Source: Candidatus Magasanikbacteria bacterium RIFOXYD1_FULL_40_23
GTDB lineage: Bacteria > Patescibacteriota > Patescibacteriia > Magasanikbacterales > GWA2-37-8
Direction: 5' to 3'
Length of the DNA stretch: 59,182 nt
NCBI GenBank assembly: GCA_001783215.1
Contig: MFRA01000002.1
Location: 1 to 59,182, forward strand
A model generated the notes under the pieces. That model was not told where the DNA came from and made no database searches. It saw nothing but the letters and a program-made list of their open reading frames with translations. The position numbers were made by a program, and so were the translations under genes. Shown here piece by piece: positions 1 through 9,444 of this stretch (positions are counted from its first letter, which is position 1; each line of letters starts with the position of its first letter).

Positions 1-140
1 AGGTGTTTGCTGACAAAATGGGGTGATAAAGGGTAGTTGTAAAAAATGGAAAAAATTTAATTTAAAAAAAATAAAAAACGAATGTTTGCCTAACAGTTTG
101 CAATAATATACAATACACACAATAAATAAATTTTAAGCAT

Positions 141-1157
141 ATGCCCAAAAAACTAAAAATTGCTTTCTACGGTGTTTGGCCAGAAATGAAAGATTACGTA
201 CGCTCCAAAATGAGTGGCTTTAGCGTGGCAATTTCCAACGAAAAAATCAGCGAAACAAATGTCAGTACCGACGCAGATGTATTAGCAGTTTTTGTAGAAA
301 TACCTGTAACCAAAAAAATTATAGAAAAAAACACTCATCTAAAAATGATTGCCACCATGAGCACCGGCTTTGATCATATAGATTTAGCCGCGGCTAAAGC
401 CAACAAAATTCCAGTCTGCAACGTACCTACTTATGGCGAAAACACAGTAGCCGAACATGCTATGGCCTTAATTTTAGGCCTTACCCGCAAACTCTTTCCA
501 TCAGTAAAAAGAGTAAAAGAAGGTTTATACGATTTTCATGGGCTGCGAGGCGTAGATCTAAAAGGTAAAACTTTGGGCGTTATTGGCACAGGTCATATTG
601 GTGCCCATCTTATAAAGATGGCTAGCGGTTTTGAAATGAACATAATTGCATACGATGCATTTCCCAACAAAGACCTAGAAAAAAAATTAGGATTTAAATA
701 TACAACCTTGAACAAATTATTAGCTCAATCAGATATTATAAGTCTTCACACTCCATTACTGCCTGCAACTCACCATTTAATAAATAAAGAAAACATTAAA
801 AAAATAAAAAAAGGTGCATATCTTATAAATACAGCTCGCGGAGCTCTGATAGATCCAGAAGCGCTAGTTTGGGGATTGCAAAGTAACCAGTTGGCTGGTG
901 CTGGACTAGACGTGCTAGAAGACGAAAATTTAATCCAAAATTACGAACAAATAATCTCTTGTAGTAATGATGAATGTAAAATAAAAACTACTCTATTAAA
1001 TAATATTATAATCGACCACCCTAACTCTATTGTTACTCCACACAATGCTTTTAACAGTGCCGAAGCAATCCAAAGAATATTAGATGTCACTATAGAAAAT
1101 ATAAAGTCTTTTGCAAAAGGCAAGGTAATAAACGATGTGACTGTATCAAAGAAATAA
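141..1157 (+). CDS. D-isomer-specific 2-hydroxyacid dehydrogenase (D-lactate dehydrogenase-like)
   Basis: STGFDHID, GVIGTGHIG Rossmann motif, INTARG, LDVLE and TPHNAF catalytic motifs. Confidence 0.9.
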   Translation: MPKKLKIAFYGVWPEMKDYVRSKMSGFSVAISNEKISETNVSTDADVLAVFVEIPVTKKIIEKNTHLKMIATMSTGFDHIDLAAAKANKIPVCNVPTYGENTVAEHAMALILGLTRKLFPSVKRVKEGLYDFHGLRGVDLKGKTLGVIGTGHIGAHLIKMASGFEMNIIAYDAFPNKDLEKKLGFKYTTLNKLLAQSDIISLHTPLLPATHHLINKENIKKIKKGAYLINTARGALIDPEALVWGLQSNQLAGAGLDVLEDENLIQNYEQIISCSNDECKIKTTLLNNIIIDHPNSIVTPHNAFNSAEAIQRILDVTIENIKSFAKGKVINDVTVSKK

Positions 1158-1239
1158 TACTGTGATATAATATCTCCACGGTCGATAGCTGCTCAAACAG
1201 CTAAAATAAACTACAACTTTCTTAAATTTATTTAACTTT

Positions 1240-2778
1240 ATGAAAATTATTACAAAAATAATCTCAATTTTTGTCATTTTTGTTTTTATACTTATAGCAA
1301 AACCAGCCCACGCCTTCTACCTCGAAGTACCTCAAAGTGTTAAAAATTTATTCACAGTGTTTAAATCTGACAAAGCCTTGGCCCAAGAAAGCTCTACCAT
1401 AATGCCGCCGCCTCCAACAGACCCCGCTCAACCAGCGCCATACTCTGGCACATATCAGCCCTACCAACCTACAGACGGCACAGTACCTCCCCCTTCTGGA
1501 ATGGACGGTCAACCAATGAACCAACCATACCCTATGCCACCACAAGAAGGCATGGCTCCTCCTTCTGGCAACCAATACCAAGAACAAGGCATGCCAGGTG
1601 GTCAAAATTACCAGGACAACGGCAAACAACTAGACCAGATGAAACGTGGCATAAGCCAGATGTCTCGTCAGGTAAAACAATTTGAACAAATGATTGCTAG
1701 CGCCGAAAAGAAAGGCACCGCCATTCCAGAAGAAATAAAACAAAATCTTGCCAAAATAAAAAGCATCATTGAGAGTGTACAAAACGCCAAAAGCCAAGAA
1801 GACCTACAGGCTGCAGACACAAGTGAGCTGCAAGAATTAATGCAATCTCTAGAAGAATATAGACGAAATGTGATGGAGGCCCAACAAAGACTAGACGGCA
1901 TGAAACGTGGCATGAAAGGAATGGAGCAGGGATTAAAAATGTTTAAAACCCAAATAACACGATTAACAAAACAAAAAATAACCATCCCTTCCGAAATTAC
2001 CGACAATATTGCTAGACTTGAAACAATTATCTCCACAATTAAAAATGCTAAAACAATCGAAGAAATGGACGCTATCGACTTTGACTTCATGCAAGATGTA
2101 ATGGAAAATTTAGATGACGATCGACGTCAATTAGAAATTCTGGCTCGATGGCCAAAAAGTTTAAAGCAAATAAATAGTGAGCTAACCAAGCTAAATCGCG
2201 AACTAACTAAATCAAAAACCATTGTCAGCCGACTAGCTAAAAAAGATATAGATCTCCAGGCTGAATATACAGCTTTTGCCGACGCTGTAAATAAACTAAA
2301 AAGCGTAAGAGATGAAGCTGTGGCCAAAATGGCAGCCGGTGATTCCGAAGAAGCGTTTAGTCTTCTGGAAGATGATTTCTTTGGACAAATGGATGACGTC
2401 TGGCAAAACCAAAAAATCATAATGACCATGAATAACTTGGGTCGTTTTGCTGCAGAGTTTAAACAAAACATGGCCAAAGCAAATTCTATGGTAAAAAATT
2501 TAAAAAGAAAAAAAGTAGATACTGCTAATTTGGAAGCAATAATATCTCAAGCCAATAGTAAAGGCCAAGAGATTCTTACTCTCTTAAAAGCAAAACCTAT
2601 AGACGAAGAAGCCCTAATTGAAGCTTTGGATGAGCTAGAAAACATTAAACAAGAGTTTGAATCTGAGACGTCTGAATTAACCGGACAAGAAGATGCCCTT
2701 CCTTGGGAAAAAGGCCCACAACAATTTAAGCAAGTATCCCTACCTCAAGGATTTGATAAGTACGTACCCCAAAAATAA
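1240..2778 (+). CDS. Secreted protein with Pro/Gln-rich linker and tandem helical (coiled-coil) repeats
   Basis: Signal peptide ending AHA; PPPPTDPAQP region; two similar ~87-aa units starting QLDQMKRG and RLDGMKRG. Confidence 0.75.
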   Translation: MKIITKIISIFVIFVFILIAKPAHAFYLEVPQSVKNLFTVFKSDKALAQESSTIMPPPPTDPAQPAPYSGTYQPYQPTDGTVPPPSGMDGQPMNQPYPMPPQEGMAPPSGNQYQEQGMPGGQNYQDNGKQLDQMKRGISQMSRQVKQFEQMIASAEKKGTAIPEEIKQNLAKIKSIIESVQNAKSQEDLQAADTSELQELMQSLEEYRRNVMEAQQRLDGMKRGMKGMEQGLKMFKTQITRLTKQKITIPSEITDNIARLETIISTIKNAKTIEEMDAIDFDFMQDVMENLDDDRRQLEILARWPKSLKQINSELTKLNRELTKSKTIVSRLAKKDIDLQAEYTAFADAVNKLKSVRDEAVAKMAAGDSEEAFSLLEDDFFGQMDDVWQNQKIIMTMNNLGRFAAEFKQNMAKANSMVKNLKRKKVDTANLEAIISQANSKGQEILTLLKAKPIDEEALIEALDELENIKQEFESETSELTGQEDALPWEKGPQQFKQVSLPQGFDKYVPQK

Positions 2779-2800
2779 ATTCTGAAAAAACAGAGTACAG

Positions 2801-2838
2801 AAATAAAAACATCCCAATTGCTCGGGATGTTTTTATTT
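2801..2838. terminator. Bidirectional intrinsic terminator
   Basis: aaataaaaacatccc-N8-gggatgtttttattt between the convergent CDS and rnpB. Confidence 0.8.
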
Positions 2839-2839
2839 T

Positions 2840-3418
2840 GCATAGCGTAAGCCGAATTTTGTTTTATCGCGCCGAAGCCTTAGCGAAGGCGGATCGACGA
2901 ATAATGACAATCATTTATCTAGGATTGGTGTTACCACCAACCTCAAGCGAACGAACTTTTCCAAAAACCGGATTGCTCCGATTTAAGGCTGTTCTTGCAT
3001 TCAAGTAAGGATTTAGCCGTTTCACCTCTTAGCTTGCTACCTCCGCTAAGAGCTAAGCACGGGGGCTGTCATCATATACCATTTCTACTGCAGACTATAA
3101 ATTCCGGCATAATTGTTTCAAAATTTTCTAGTTTACCCGCCAGGTAATCCAGAAAATTTATTCATCAATTCTGACTCGAAATTTATAATCTTCGCTACGA
3201 AAGCGTATATGATGACAGCCCCCTAATTCATGATTCAACACGAATGTAAGGTTTGCTCTCTCTTTCCTTTCGAAAAGAAACGTCTCTGCTCGCACCTCAT
3301 CTCGGTATTACCCGAGGCGACGGGGGTTACCCGCTACTCTTCTCCTCCGGCGTGACTATACAGAGGGAATGTTCGGACTTTCCTCCCCAACTTGCGTTAG
3401 GGCGATTGTCTACTATGC
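2840..3418 (-). ncRNA. rnpB: RNase P RNA, unusually long (~580 nt)
   Basis: Minus strand has GAGGAAAGTCCG (CR-I), GGTGAAACGG (CR-III), AGATAAATGATTGTC (CR-IV), ACAAAATTCGGCTTAC (CR-V); P1 is GCATAG/CTATGC. Confidence 0.93.
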
Positions 3419-3424
3419 GGTGAA

Positions 3425-3453
3425 ATTTTAGCATAAAATAAGGGTTTTGTCAA
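3425..3453 (-). promoter_or_regulatory. Sigma70 promoter of rnpB
   Basis: TTGACA-N17-TAAAAT with extended -10 TGn, ending ~6 nt before the P1 5' strand. Confidence 0.8.
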
Positions 3454-3530
3454 TAATATACCGCTGTAAACTTGCTTGCGGAAAGTTTAAAACTGGGGTA
3501 AAATATTAGAAATAATGATAAATAAACTGT

Positions 3531-4952
3531 GTGAAAAAACTAGAACTTTCTCTTGCCTTCATTCAACTTCCTTTAGATTATATTTTAATGGTCCTAGCCG
3601 GCATTACCGCCTACTCTTTGCGTTTTACTTCCATAACCCAAAATATTCGCCCTGTTTTATTTAATCTCGCCTGGGACAAATATTTCCCTCTCATACTTAT
3701 CACCGCTTTAGGCTGGGTAATTATTTTTGCTTTAGCTGGATTATACAGTACAAGTTCCAACCGTAAACTAGCCTCCGACCTCACTCGCGTAATTTTCGCT
3801 TGCTCCACCGGCTTTGCCGCTATTACCATATACGTATTTTTTGCTCTACAAAAATTTGACTCTCGTTTTTTGGTTTTGGCTGGCTGGATACTAGCGATGC
3901 TATATGTTTGTATCGGCAGAATCCTAATGAACGGATTAAAAAAACTAATGCATCGTGCCGGGTATGGACTGCGCAAAACTGTAATTATTGGCAAAGAAAC
4001 TATCGCCGAACAAATAAAAAATGTGCTCAACTCCCGTCCAGGACTGGGATACAAACTTGTTGCTTCTTTTTCTCATTTTAATCTAGAGAGCAAACAATAT
4101 CTTTTGGAAAATCGACCAGATGAAATAATTTTTACCGACCCAAAAGCACACGGTGACGAAGCTATAGACGCCATTGATTTCGCCAACGAACACCATATTG
4201 CTTTCAAATATTCTGCCGACCTATTTTCTACTATATCTACAAATATGGCCGTTAGCACTATTGGCGGTATACCGATTATAGAGCTCCGTCTTACTCGCCT
4301 AACTGGCTGGAGCAGAATAATAAAAAGGCTCGTAGATATTATTGGCAGTTTATTTTTTATAATCCTACTCTCCCCTATATTTATCATAGTTTCTATTATC
4401 GTGGCGCTAGAAAGTGGTTTCCCAATTATCTACAAAAACGAACGTGTAGGCCAAGAAGACAAAAAGTTTTTTGCACTAAAGTTCCGCACCATGCATCAAA
4501 AATTCTCTACTGGCCCTCAGTTTGGCAAACAAGGAGAAGAGGCGCTAAAAAAAGAACAAGAACTAATCGCCACCCAAAGTATAAAGACTGGCCCAATTTA
4601 CAAAATACAAAACGACCCACGCATTACTGGTTTTGGCAGATTCTTGCGTCGCTGGAGCTTAGATGAATTTCCTCAATTCTTCAATGTGCTAAAAGGTGAA
4701 ATGAGTCTGGTAGGACCTCGCCCACACCAGCCGCGCGAAGTACAAGGCTATAAACGCCAGCACAAAATCGTTTTGGCCATTAAACCAGGCTTAACCGGCT
4801 TATCTCAAATCTCTGGCCGTAGCAACCTAAGCTATGAAGAAGAAATAAACCTAGACACCTTTTATATAGAAAACTGGAGCCTATACATGGACATGATTAT
4901 CCTAATAAAAACACCCTTTGTTGTTTTAACCAGTACCGGATCTGTTGTATAG
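3531..4952 (+). CDS. Polyprenyl-phosphate glycosylphosphotransferase (WcaJ/WbaP family)
   Basis: N-terminal TM helices; KRLVDI, KFRTM, DPRIT, SLDEFPQFFNVLKGEMSLVGPRP, KPGLTGLSQ. Confidence 0.92.
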   Translation: MKKLELSLAFIQLPLDYILMVLAGITAYSLRFTSITQNIRPVLFNLAWDKYFPLILITALGWVIIFALAGLYSTSSNRKLASDLTRVIFACSTGFAAITIYVFFALQKFDSRFLVLAGWILAMLYVCIGRILMNGLKKLMHRAGYGLRKTVIIGKETIAEQIKNVLNSRPGLGYKLVASFSHFNLESKQYLLENRPDEIIFTDPKAHGDEAIDAIDFANEHHIAFKYSADLFSTISTNMAVSTIGGIPIIELRLTRLTGWSRIIKRLVDIIGSLFFIILLSPIFIIVSIIVALESGFPIIYKNERVGQEDKKFFALKFRTMHQKFSTGPQFGKQGEEALKKEQELIATQSIKTGPIYKIQNDPRITGFGRFLRRWSLDEFPQFFNVLKGEMSLVGPRPHQPREVQGYKRQHKIVLAIKPGLTGLSQISGRSNLSYEEEINLDTFYIENWSLYMDMIILIKTPFVVLTSTGSVV

Positions 4953-4978
4953 CCCCTATATACTCACTCACTTTGTTT

Positions 4979-6097
4979 ATGCGAATTGCCCTAGTACACG
5001 ATTATCTCGCTCAAGATGGAGGGGCAGAACGAGTTCTAAAGTCCCTGCATGAAATTTGGCCAGAGGCGCCTATTTTTGTTTTGTTCCACGACAAAGAAAA
5101 AATAAAGTTTTTTAATAACAAAAATATCCATGAATCTTTCTTGGCTAAATTACCATTTAAAAATTCGGCCTACCAGTGGTACCTGCCATGGATGCCGCTA
5201 GCTACCGAGCAACACAACCTAAAAGATTTTGATGTGGTAATTTCTACCGCTAGCGTATTTGCCAAAGGCGTAATTACCAGTCCAAACACTTTACATATTT
5301 CTTACTGTCACACTCCTCCTCGTTTTTTGTGGGCCGATAATTATAATTACATTTCCGACCTAAAACAAAATAGGTTTATCAAATTTCTTCTACCTCATTT
5401 TATTCACAAACTACGTATTTGGGACAAAATGAGCGTGGACAGAGTAGACAGTTTTATTGCCAACTCTCGCACCGTACAGCAAAGAATAAATAAATACTAT
5501 CGCAGAGAGAGCGAAGTGATTTACCCTCCGGTAGAACTATTTTCTTGCTCACTACAAAAGACTAGTGATTATTACGCCGCTGGTGGCCGCTTGGTTGGTT
5601 ACAAACGTTTTGATCTAATTGTAAAAGCATTCAACCGACTAAAATGGCCGCTAAAGATATTTGGCGACGGACCAGAACTAGAAACACTTAAAAAAATAGC
5701 CAAAAGCAATATAGAATTTTTGGGACAAATAACCGACGAAGAAAAAGGGGCAATTCTCTCTGGCGCGCGCGCGTTTATCCATCCACAACTAGAAGACTTT
5801 GGCATTACCGCCGTAGAAGCAATGGCTTGCGGCAGACCGGTTATCGCCTTCTCCCAAGGTGGCGCTACGGAAACCATTATCCCCAATGAAACAGGCGTAT
5901 TTTTCCATGCCCAAACATGGGAGTCTTTGTTTGATAAACTACTTAATTTCAACTACGAAAATTGGGATAGCGCCAAAATTCGCGAACATGCAGCCAAATT
6001 TGATGCGCCCTATTTTAAAACTAGTATAAAAAAATACGTTACCGATAGATACGAAGAATTTAAAAAGGGTTTTAATCAACAGGCTCTCATAGACTAG
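4979..6097 (+). CDS. Glycosyltransferase family 4
   Basis: MRIALVHDYL..GGAERV, YCHTPPR, EDFGITAVEAMACGRPV; ATG 4979 preferred over TTG 4973. Confidence 0.9.
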   Translation: MRIALVHDYLAQDGGAERVLKSLHEIWPEAPIFVLFHDKEKIKFFNNKNIHESFLAKLPFKNSAYQWYLPWMPLATEQHNLKDFDVVISTASVFAKGVITSPNTLHISYCHTPPRFLWADNYNYISDLKQNRFIKFLLPHFIHKLRIWDKMSVDRVDSFIANSRTVQQRINKYYRRESEVIYPPVELFSCSLQKTSDYYAAGGRLVGYKRFDLIVKAFNRLKWPLKIFGDGPELETLKKIAKSNIEFLGQITDEEKGAILSGARAFIHPQLEDFGITAVEAMACGRPVIAFSQGGATETIIPNETGVFFHAQTWESLFDKLLNFNYENWDSAKIREHAAKFDAPYFKTSIKKYVTDRYEEFKKGFNQQALID

Positions 6098-6098
6098 T

Positions 6099-7220
6099 AT
6101 GTCACAAATTGGCATAGATATACGCGCCTTAATGTCCCCTGTTCGCACTGGTGTGGGCGAATATACTTACGAACTTCTAAACGCTATTTTTAAAATTGAT
6201 AAAACAAACCAATACTTTCTTTTTTATAATTCCTACAAAGACGTATCCCAGCACATACCAAAGTGGACACAAGAAAATGTACACTACATACATACCAAAT
6301 GGCCAAACAAACTATACAATGCCTCCATTAAACTTTTTGGTATCCCAAAAATAAACAAGATAAAACTGGATTATTTCTTCTCTCCTAACTTTAACTTTAC
6401 TAATTTATCTACGAACACAAAAAGTGTTCTTACAGTTCACGACCTATTTTTTGAATTTTTCCCACATTTTTTTTCTTTCAAACAGAGGCTCTGGCACTGG
6501 GCTATCAACCCAAAAAGGCAGTGCGAAAAAGCCGACATTATAATTACCCCTTCAGAAAACACCAAGCGAGATATAGTTGATATTTATCATATTAGCCCAG
6601 AAAAAATTAAAGTAATCTATCCTGGAATATCTTGCTTGCCAGAGAGCACTTATCCGGAAACCAAAAACAAACTACAACAAAAATACAATCTCCCCCATAA
6701 ATTTATTCTCTTTCTTGGCACGGTAGAGCCGCGTAAAAATATTATCGGCCTAATAGAAGCGTTTGAACAACTTTGTAAAACAACTCTCAACTACTCGCTA
6801 GTGATAGCCGGACACAAGGGCTGGAACGATAACAAAATATACAAAAAAATCGCATTGTCCCCTGTAAAAGAAAAAATAAAACTTATTGGTTCTGTGGATG
6901 CTGCCGACAAGCCAGCACTCTACACAATATCTGATTTGTTTGTTTACCCAAGCTTCTACGAAGGCTTTGGCTTCCCTGTAGCCGAAGCTTTTGCATGCGG
7001 TGTGCCGGTTATTACTTCCAACCGATCTTCTCTGTCAGAGGTGGCAGGAAATGCCGCTTTTCTTGTTAACCCAAACCGCCCAAACGAGCTGGCGCAAGCA
7101 ATGATAGAGATGACAAAAAATGAAAAGCTAAGAGAGAAATTTAAGAATCTTGGGCTAAAACAAGCCAAAAAGTTTAATTGGGGCCAAGCTGCACAAGAAT
7201 TTATTGGTCTTTTAAAATAA
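6099..7220 (+). CDS. Glycosyltransferase family 4 (mannosyltransferase-like)
   Basis: TGVGEY, TVHDL, GTVEPRKN, YPSFYEGFGFPVAEAFACGVPV. Confidence 0.9.
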   Translation: MSQIGIDIRALMSPVRTGVGEYTYELLNAIFKIDKTNQYFLFYNSYKDVSQHIPKWTQENVHYIHTKWPNKLYNASIKLFGIPKINKIKLDYFFSPNFNFTNLSTNTKSVLTVHDLFFEFFPHFFSFKQRLWHWAINPKRQCEKADIIITPSENTKRDIVDIYHISPEKIKVIYPGISCLPESTYPETKNKLQQKYNLPHKFILFLGTVEPRKNIIGLIEAFEQLCKTTLNYSLVIAGHKGWNDNKIYKKIALSPVKEKIKLIGSVDAADKPALYTISDLFVYPSFYEGFGFPVAEAFACGVPVITSNRSSLSEVAGNAAFLVNPNRPNELAQAMIEMTKNEKLREKFKNLGLKQAKKFNWGQAAQEFIGLLK

Positions 7221-7223
7221 TAC

Positions 7224-7571
7224 TTAATTTCTTACAGGCTCCTCACTATCTGAATCTAACTGCTCATAAACCAGCACTTCCTTTTTTGGAAAACATTCGC
7301 TTGATACTATAACTTGAACTCCCCCATCAAGAATGAATCCTTTAGCAGTTGTGTAACCCCTGCTCGAATCTATCTTAAATTTTCCTCCTGGTGGAATAAT
7401 CAATGATCCTATATCTCTTCGTTCGCTTCTTTCCTTAATATCCTGCTCCCCGATGTGAACAACTATCTGTTCAGCAGCGACATAACTTTTACCAGGAACC
7501 AAATCATCAAACCGTATTTGCTTAGGTTTTACTTCTTTATTGTCAAAAATTATCTTCGGTCTTTCGGACAT
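7224..7571 (-). CDS. Hypothetical protein
   Basis: 115-aa ORF filling the gap between GT genes, opposite strand; no motif. Confidence 0.6.
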   Translation of the reverse strand: MSERPKIIFDNKEVKPKQIRFDDLVPGKSYVAAEQIVVHIGEQDIKERSERRDIGSLIIPPGGKFKIDSSRGYTTAKGFILDGGVQVIVSSECFPKKEVLVYEQLDSDSEEPVRN

Positions 7572-7575
7572 ATTA

Positions 7576-7634
7576 TTGATTTAACGAAATTGATTTAACG
7601 AAATCATGTCGGGCAGCGTCCATTAAAGCCCGAC
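7576..7634. repeat. Dispersed repeat family A, copy 1
   Basis: ttgatttaacgaaa x2, then hairpin gtcgggc...gcccgac; homologous to 22759 and 46651. Confidence 0.8.
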
Positions 7635-7716
7635 GCTTAATTAATTAATAACCTTGAATATTTAAAGCTGTCGTGGGATAATTGGGATTATAAACTACCC
7701 TTTAATAAACTGCAAC

Positions 7717-8808
7717 ATGTCTACGCCCAAAATCCTAATTCTCCACGACTACTTTCTCTACAGAGGTGGCGGAGAACGCTTGGTAATCAGCCTAGCCAAA
7801 AATCTAAACGCCGACATAGCCACCGCTTTTATTGGCAAGGATGCTTTTGACCCCCGCGCCGAAGGTATAAATACCATAGAACTATACAAAGAAAAAGGCT
7901 GGTCAAATATGCCTGGGTTTCGCTATCTGCAAGTGCAATTTTCATTTTTATTCAAAACGGGTTTTGCCAAAAAATACGATACCATAATTTACAGCGGCGA
8001 TTGCTTGATTGCCCTGCTTAGGTTAAAGCACAAAAGAAATATCGCCTACATGCACACCCCTCCTCGCCATCTATACGACACTTATCAAAACCGCCTAAAA
8101 CAGTATCCGTTTTGGAAAAAGGCCCTTTTTATTCCATTTGTTAGATTTAATCGTTGGAGATTTGAAGCTTTGTCCCGAAAACTAGATTTGATTATTACCA
8201 ACTCCCAAAATACCAAAGAAAGAATAAAAAGATATTTGAAACTAGACTCAACCGTTGTCTATCCACCTTGTGATACTTTACCTTTTAAAAACTTGGGATA
8301 CGGAGATTACTTTTTCTCTTGGGCAAGGCTATATGATGTAAAACGAGTAGACAAAATAGTAGAGGCATTTACAACTATGCCAGACAAAAAATTAGTAGTG
8401 GCCTCCGGCGGACCAGAGCTAGAAAAAATACAAAAAATGGCCGAGGGACACCCAAATATCACTATAATTGGCTGGATAGACGACGACCAGCTCTTGGAAT
8501 ATCTGGGGCGTTGTTTGGCCACTATATACATTCCTATACGAGAAGACTTTGGTATGAGCGCTGTAGAGTCTATGCAAGCAGGTAAGCCGGTAATTGGCGT
8601 AGCCGAGGGTGGTTTATTAGAAATTATTGAAAACAATAAAAACGGAATTTTGCTACCAGCAGACTTTACTATGATTGCTCTGCAAGAAGCCATAAAAAGC
8701 ATGACACCGGAAAAATCCAAACAGATGGAAGATTCTTGTTACCAAACCTCTCAAAAATTTAGCGAAAAATCATTTATAGAAGGAATAAAAAAAGCCGCGA
8801 ATCTATAA
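7717..8808 (+). CDS. Glycosyltransferase family 4
   Basis: LHDYF..GGGERL, YMHTPPR, EDFGMSAVESMQAGKPV. Confidence 0.9.
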   Translation: MSTPKILILHDYFLYRGGGERLVISLAKNLNADIATAFIGKDAFDPRAEGINTIELYKEKGWSNMPGFRYLQVQFSFLFKTGFAKKYDTIIYSGDCLIALLRLKHKRNIAYMHTPPRHLYDTYQNRLKQYPFWKKALFIPFVRFNRWRFEALSRKLDLIITNSQNTKERIKRYLKLDSTVVYPPCDTLPFKNLGYGDYFFSWARLYDVKRVDKIVEAFTTMPDKKLVVASGGPELEKIQKMAEGHPNITIIGWIDDDQLLEYLGRCLATIYIPIREDFGMSAVESMQAGKPVIGVAEGGLLEIIENNKNGILLPADFTMIALQEAIKSMTPEKSKQMEDSCYQTSQKFSEKSFIEGIKKAANL

Positions 8809-8841
8809 CGATAGGCGGCCACCCCTTCAAACTAACAAACT

Positions 8842-9285
8842 TCATTTTATAGGAGAACCGTTTGGTTCAGGTTCTGGGTCAGGTTCGAGCTCAAGCTCTA
8901 ACTCCGGTTCTGGATCAGGGTCAGGATCAAGATCAGGAAGACCCTGCGCGGCTCGATCTGCTGCCTCTGCAGCCTCTGCCAAAAGCTTCGGATCTTCTGG
9001 TTCAACCGGGTCTTCTGCCGCTTTCAATCGTGCTTTCTTTACTCTCTTTCCATAAAGGTAGAGAGCGGGTGCAAACAAAACTTTATCCAAAGCAAATATG
9101 ATTTTCTTCGTACAGAATACAGAAAATTGTCCAAAAACCCACAGCGGTAACATTATCATGCCCGCAAATTGGTCCCACCATTTTCGATTGCCTATCTCAG
9201 GCTTTTCCATCTCCTTTTGGACCAAGTAACGACCAGTATTAAGATAGGCGAGCCCCAAAGCTACCAAGAAAATGGTTGTGAACAT
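8842..9285 (-). CDS. Hypothetical membrane protein with acidic Pro-rich tail
   Basis: Hydrophobic segments then (D/E)P repeats; likely start MFTTIF after a GGGGG SD (track start 9324). Confidence 0.6.
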   Translation of the reverse strand: MFTTIFLVALGLAYLNTGRYLVQKEMEKPEIGNRKWWDQFAGMIMLPLWVFGQFSVFCTKKIIFALDKVLFAPALYLYGKRVKKARLKAAEDPVEPEDPKLLAEAAEAADRAAQGLPDLDPDPDPEPELELELEPDPEPEPNGSPIK

Positions 9286-9444
9286 CTTTGCCCCCATGCT
9301 GATTGTTGAAAAAGAGCCCCTCAACAGCTAAAAGTATACTACAGACCTAGCTCCTACTTTGTCAAAAGTTAAACATGTTTATTCACAGTGCTTGAAAGGT
9401 AAAAATGGTGTATAATATACTCATAATTTAACGTATCTTTTGCA

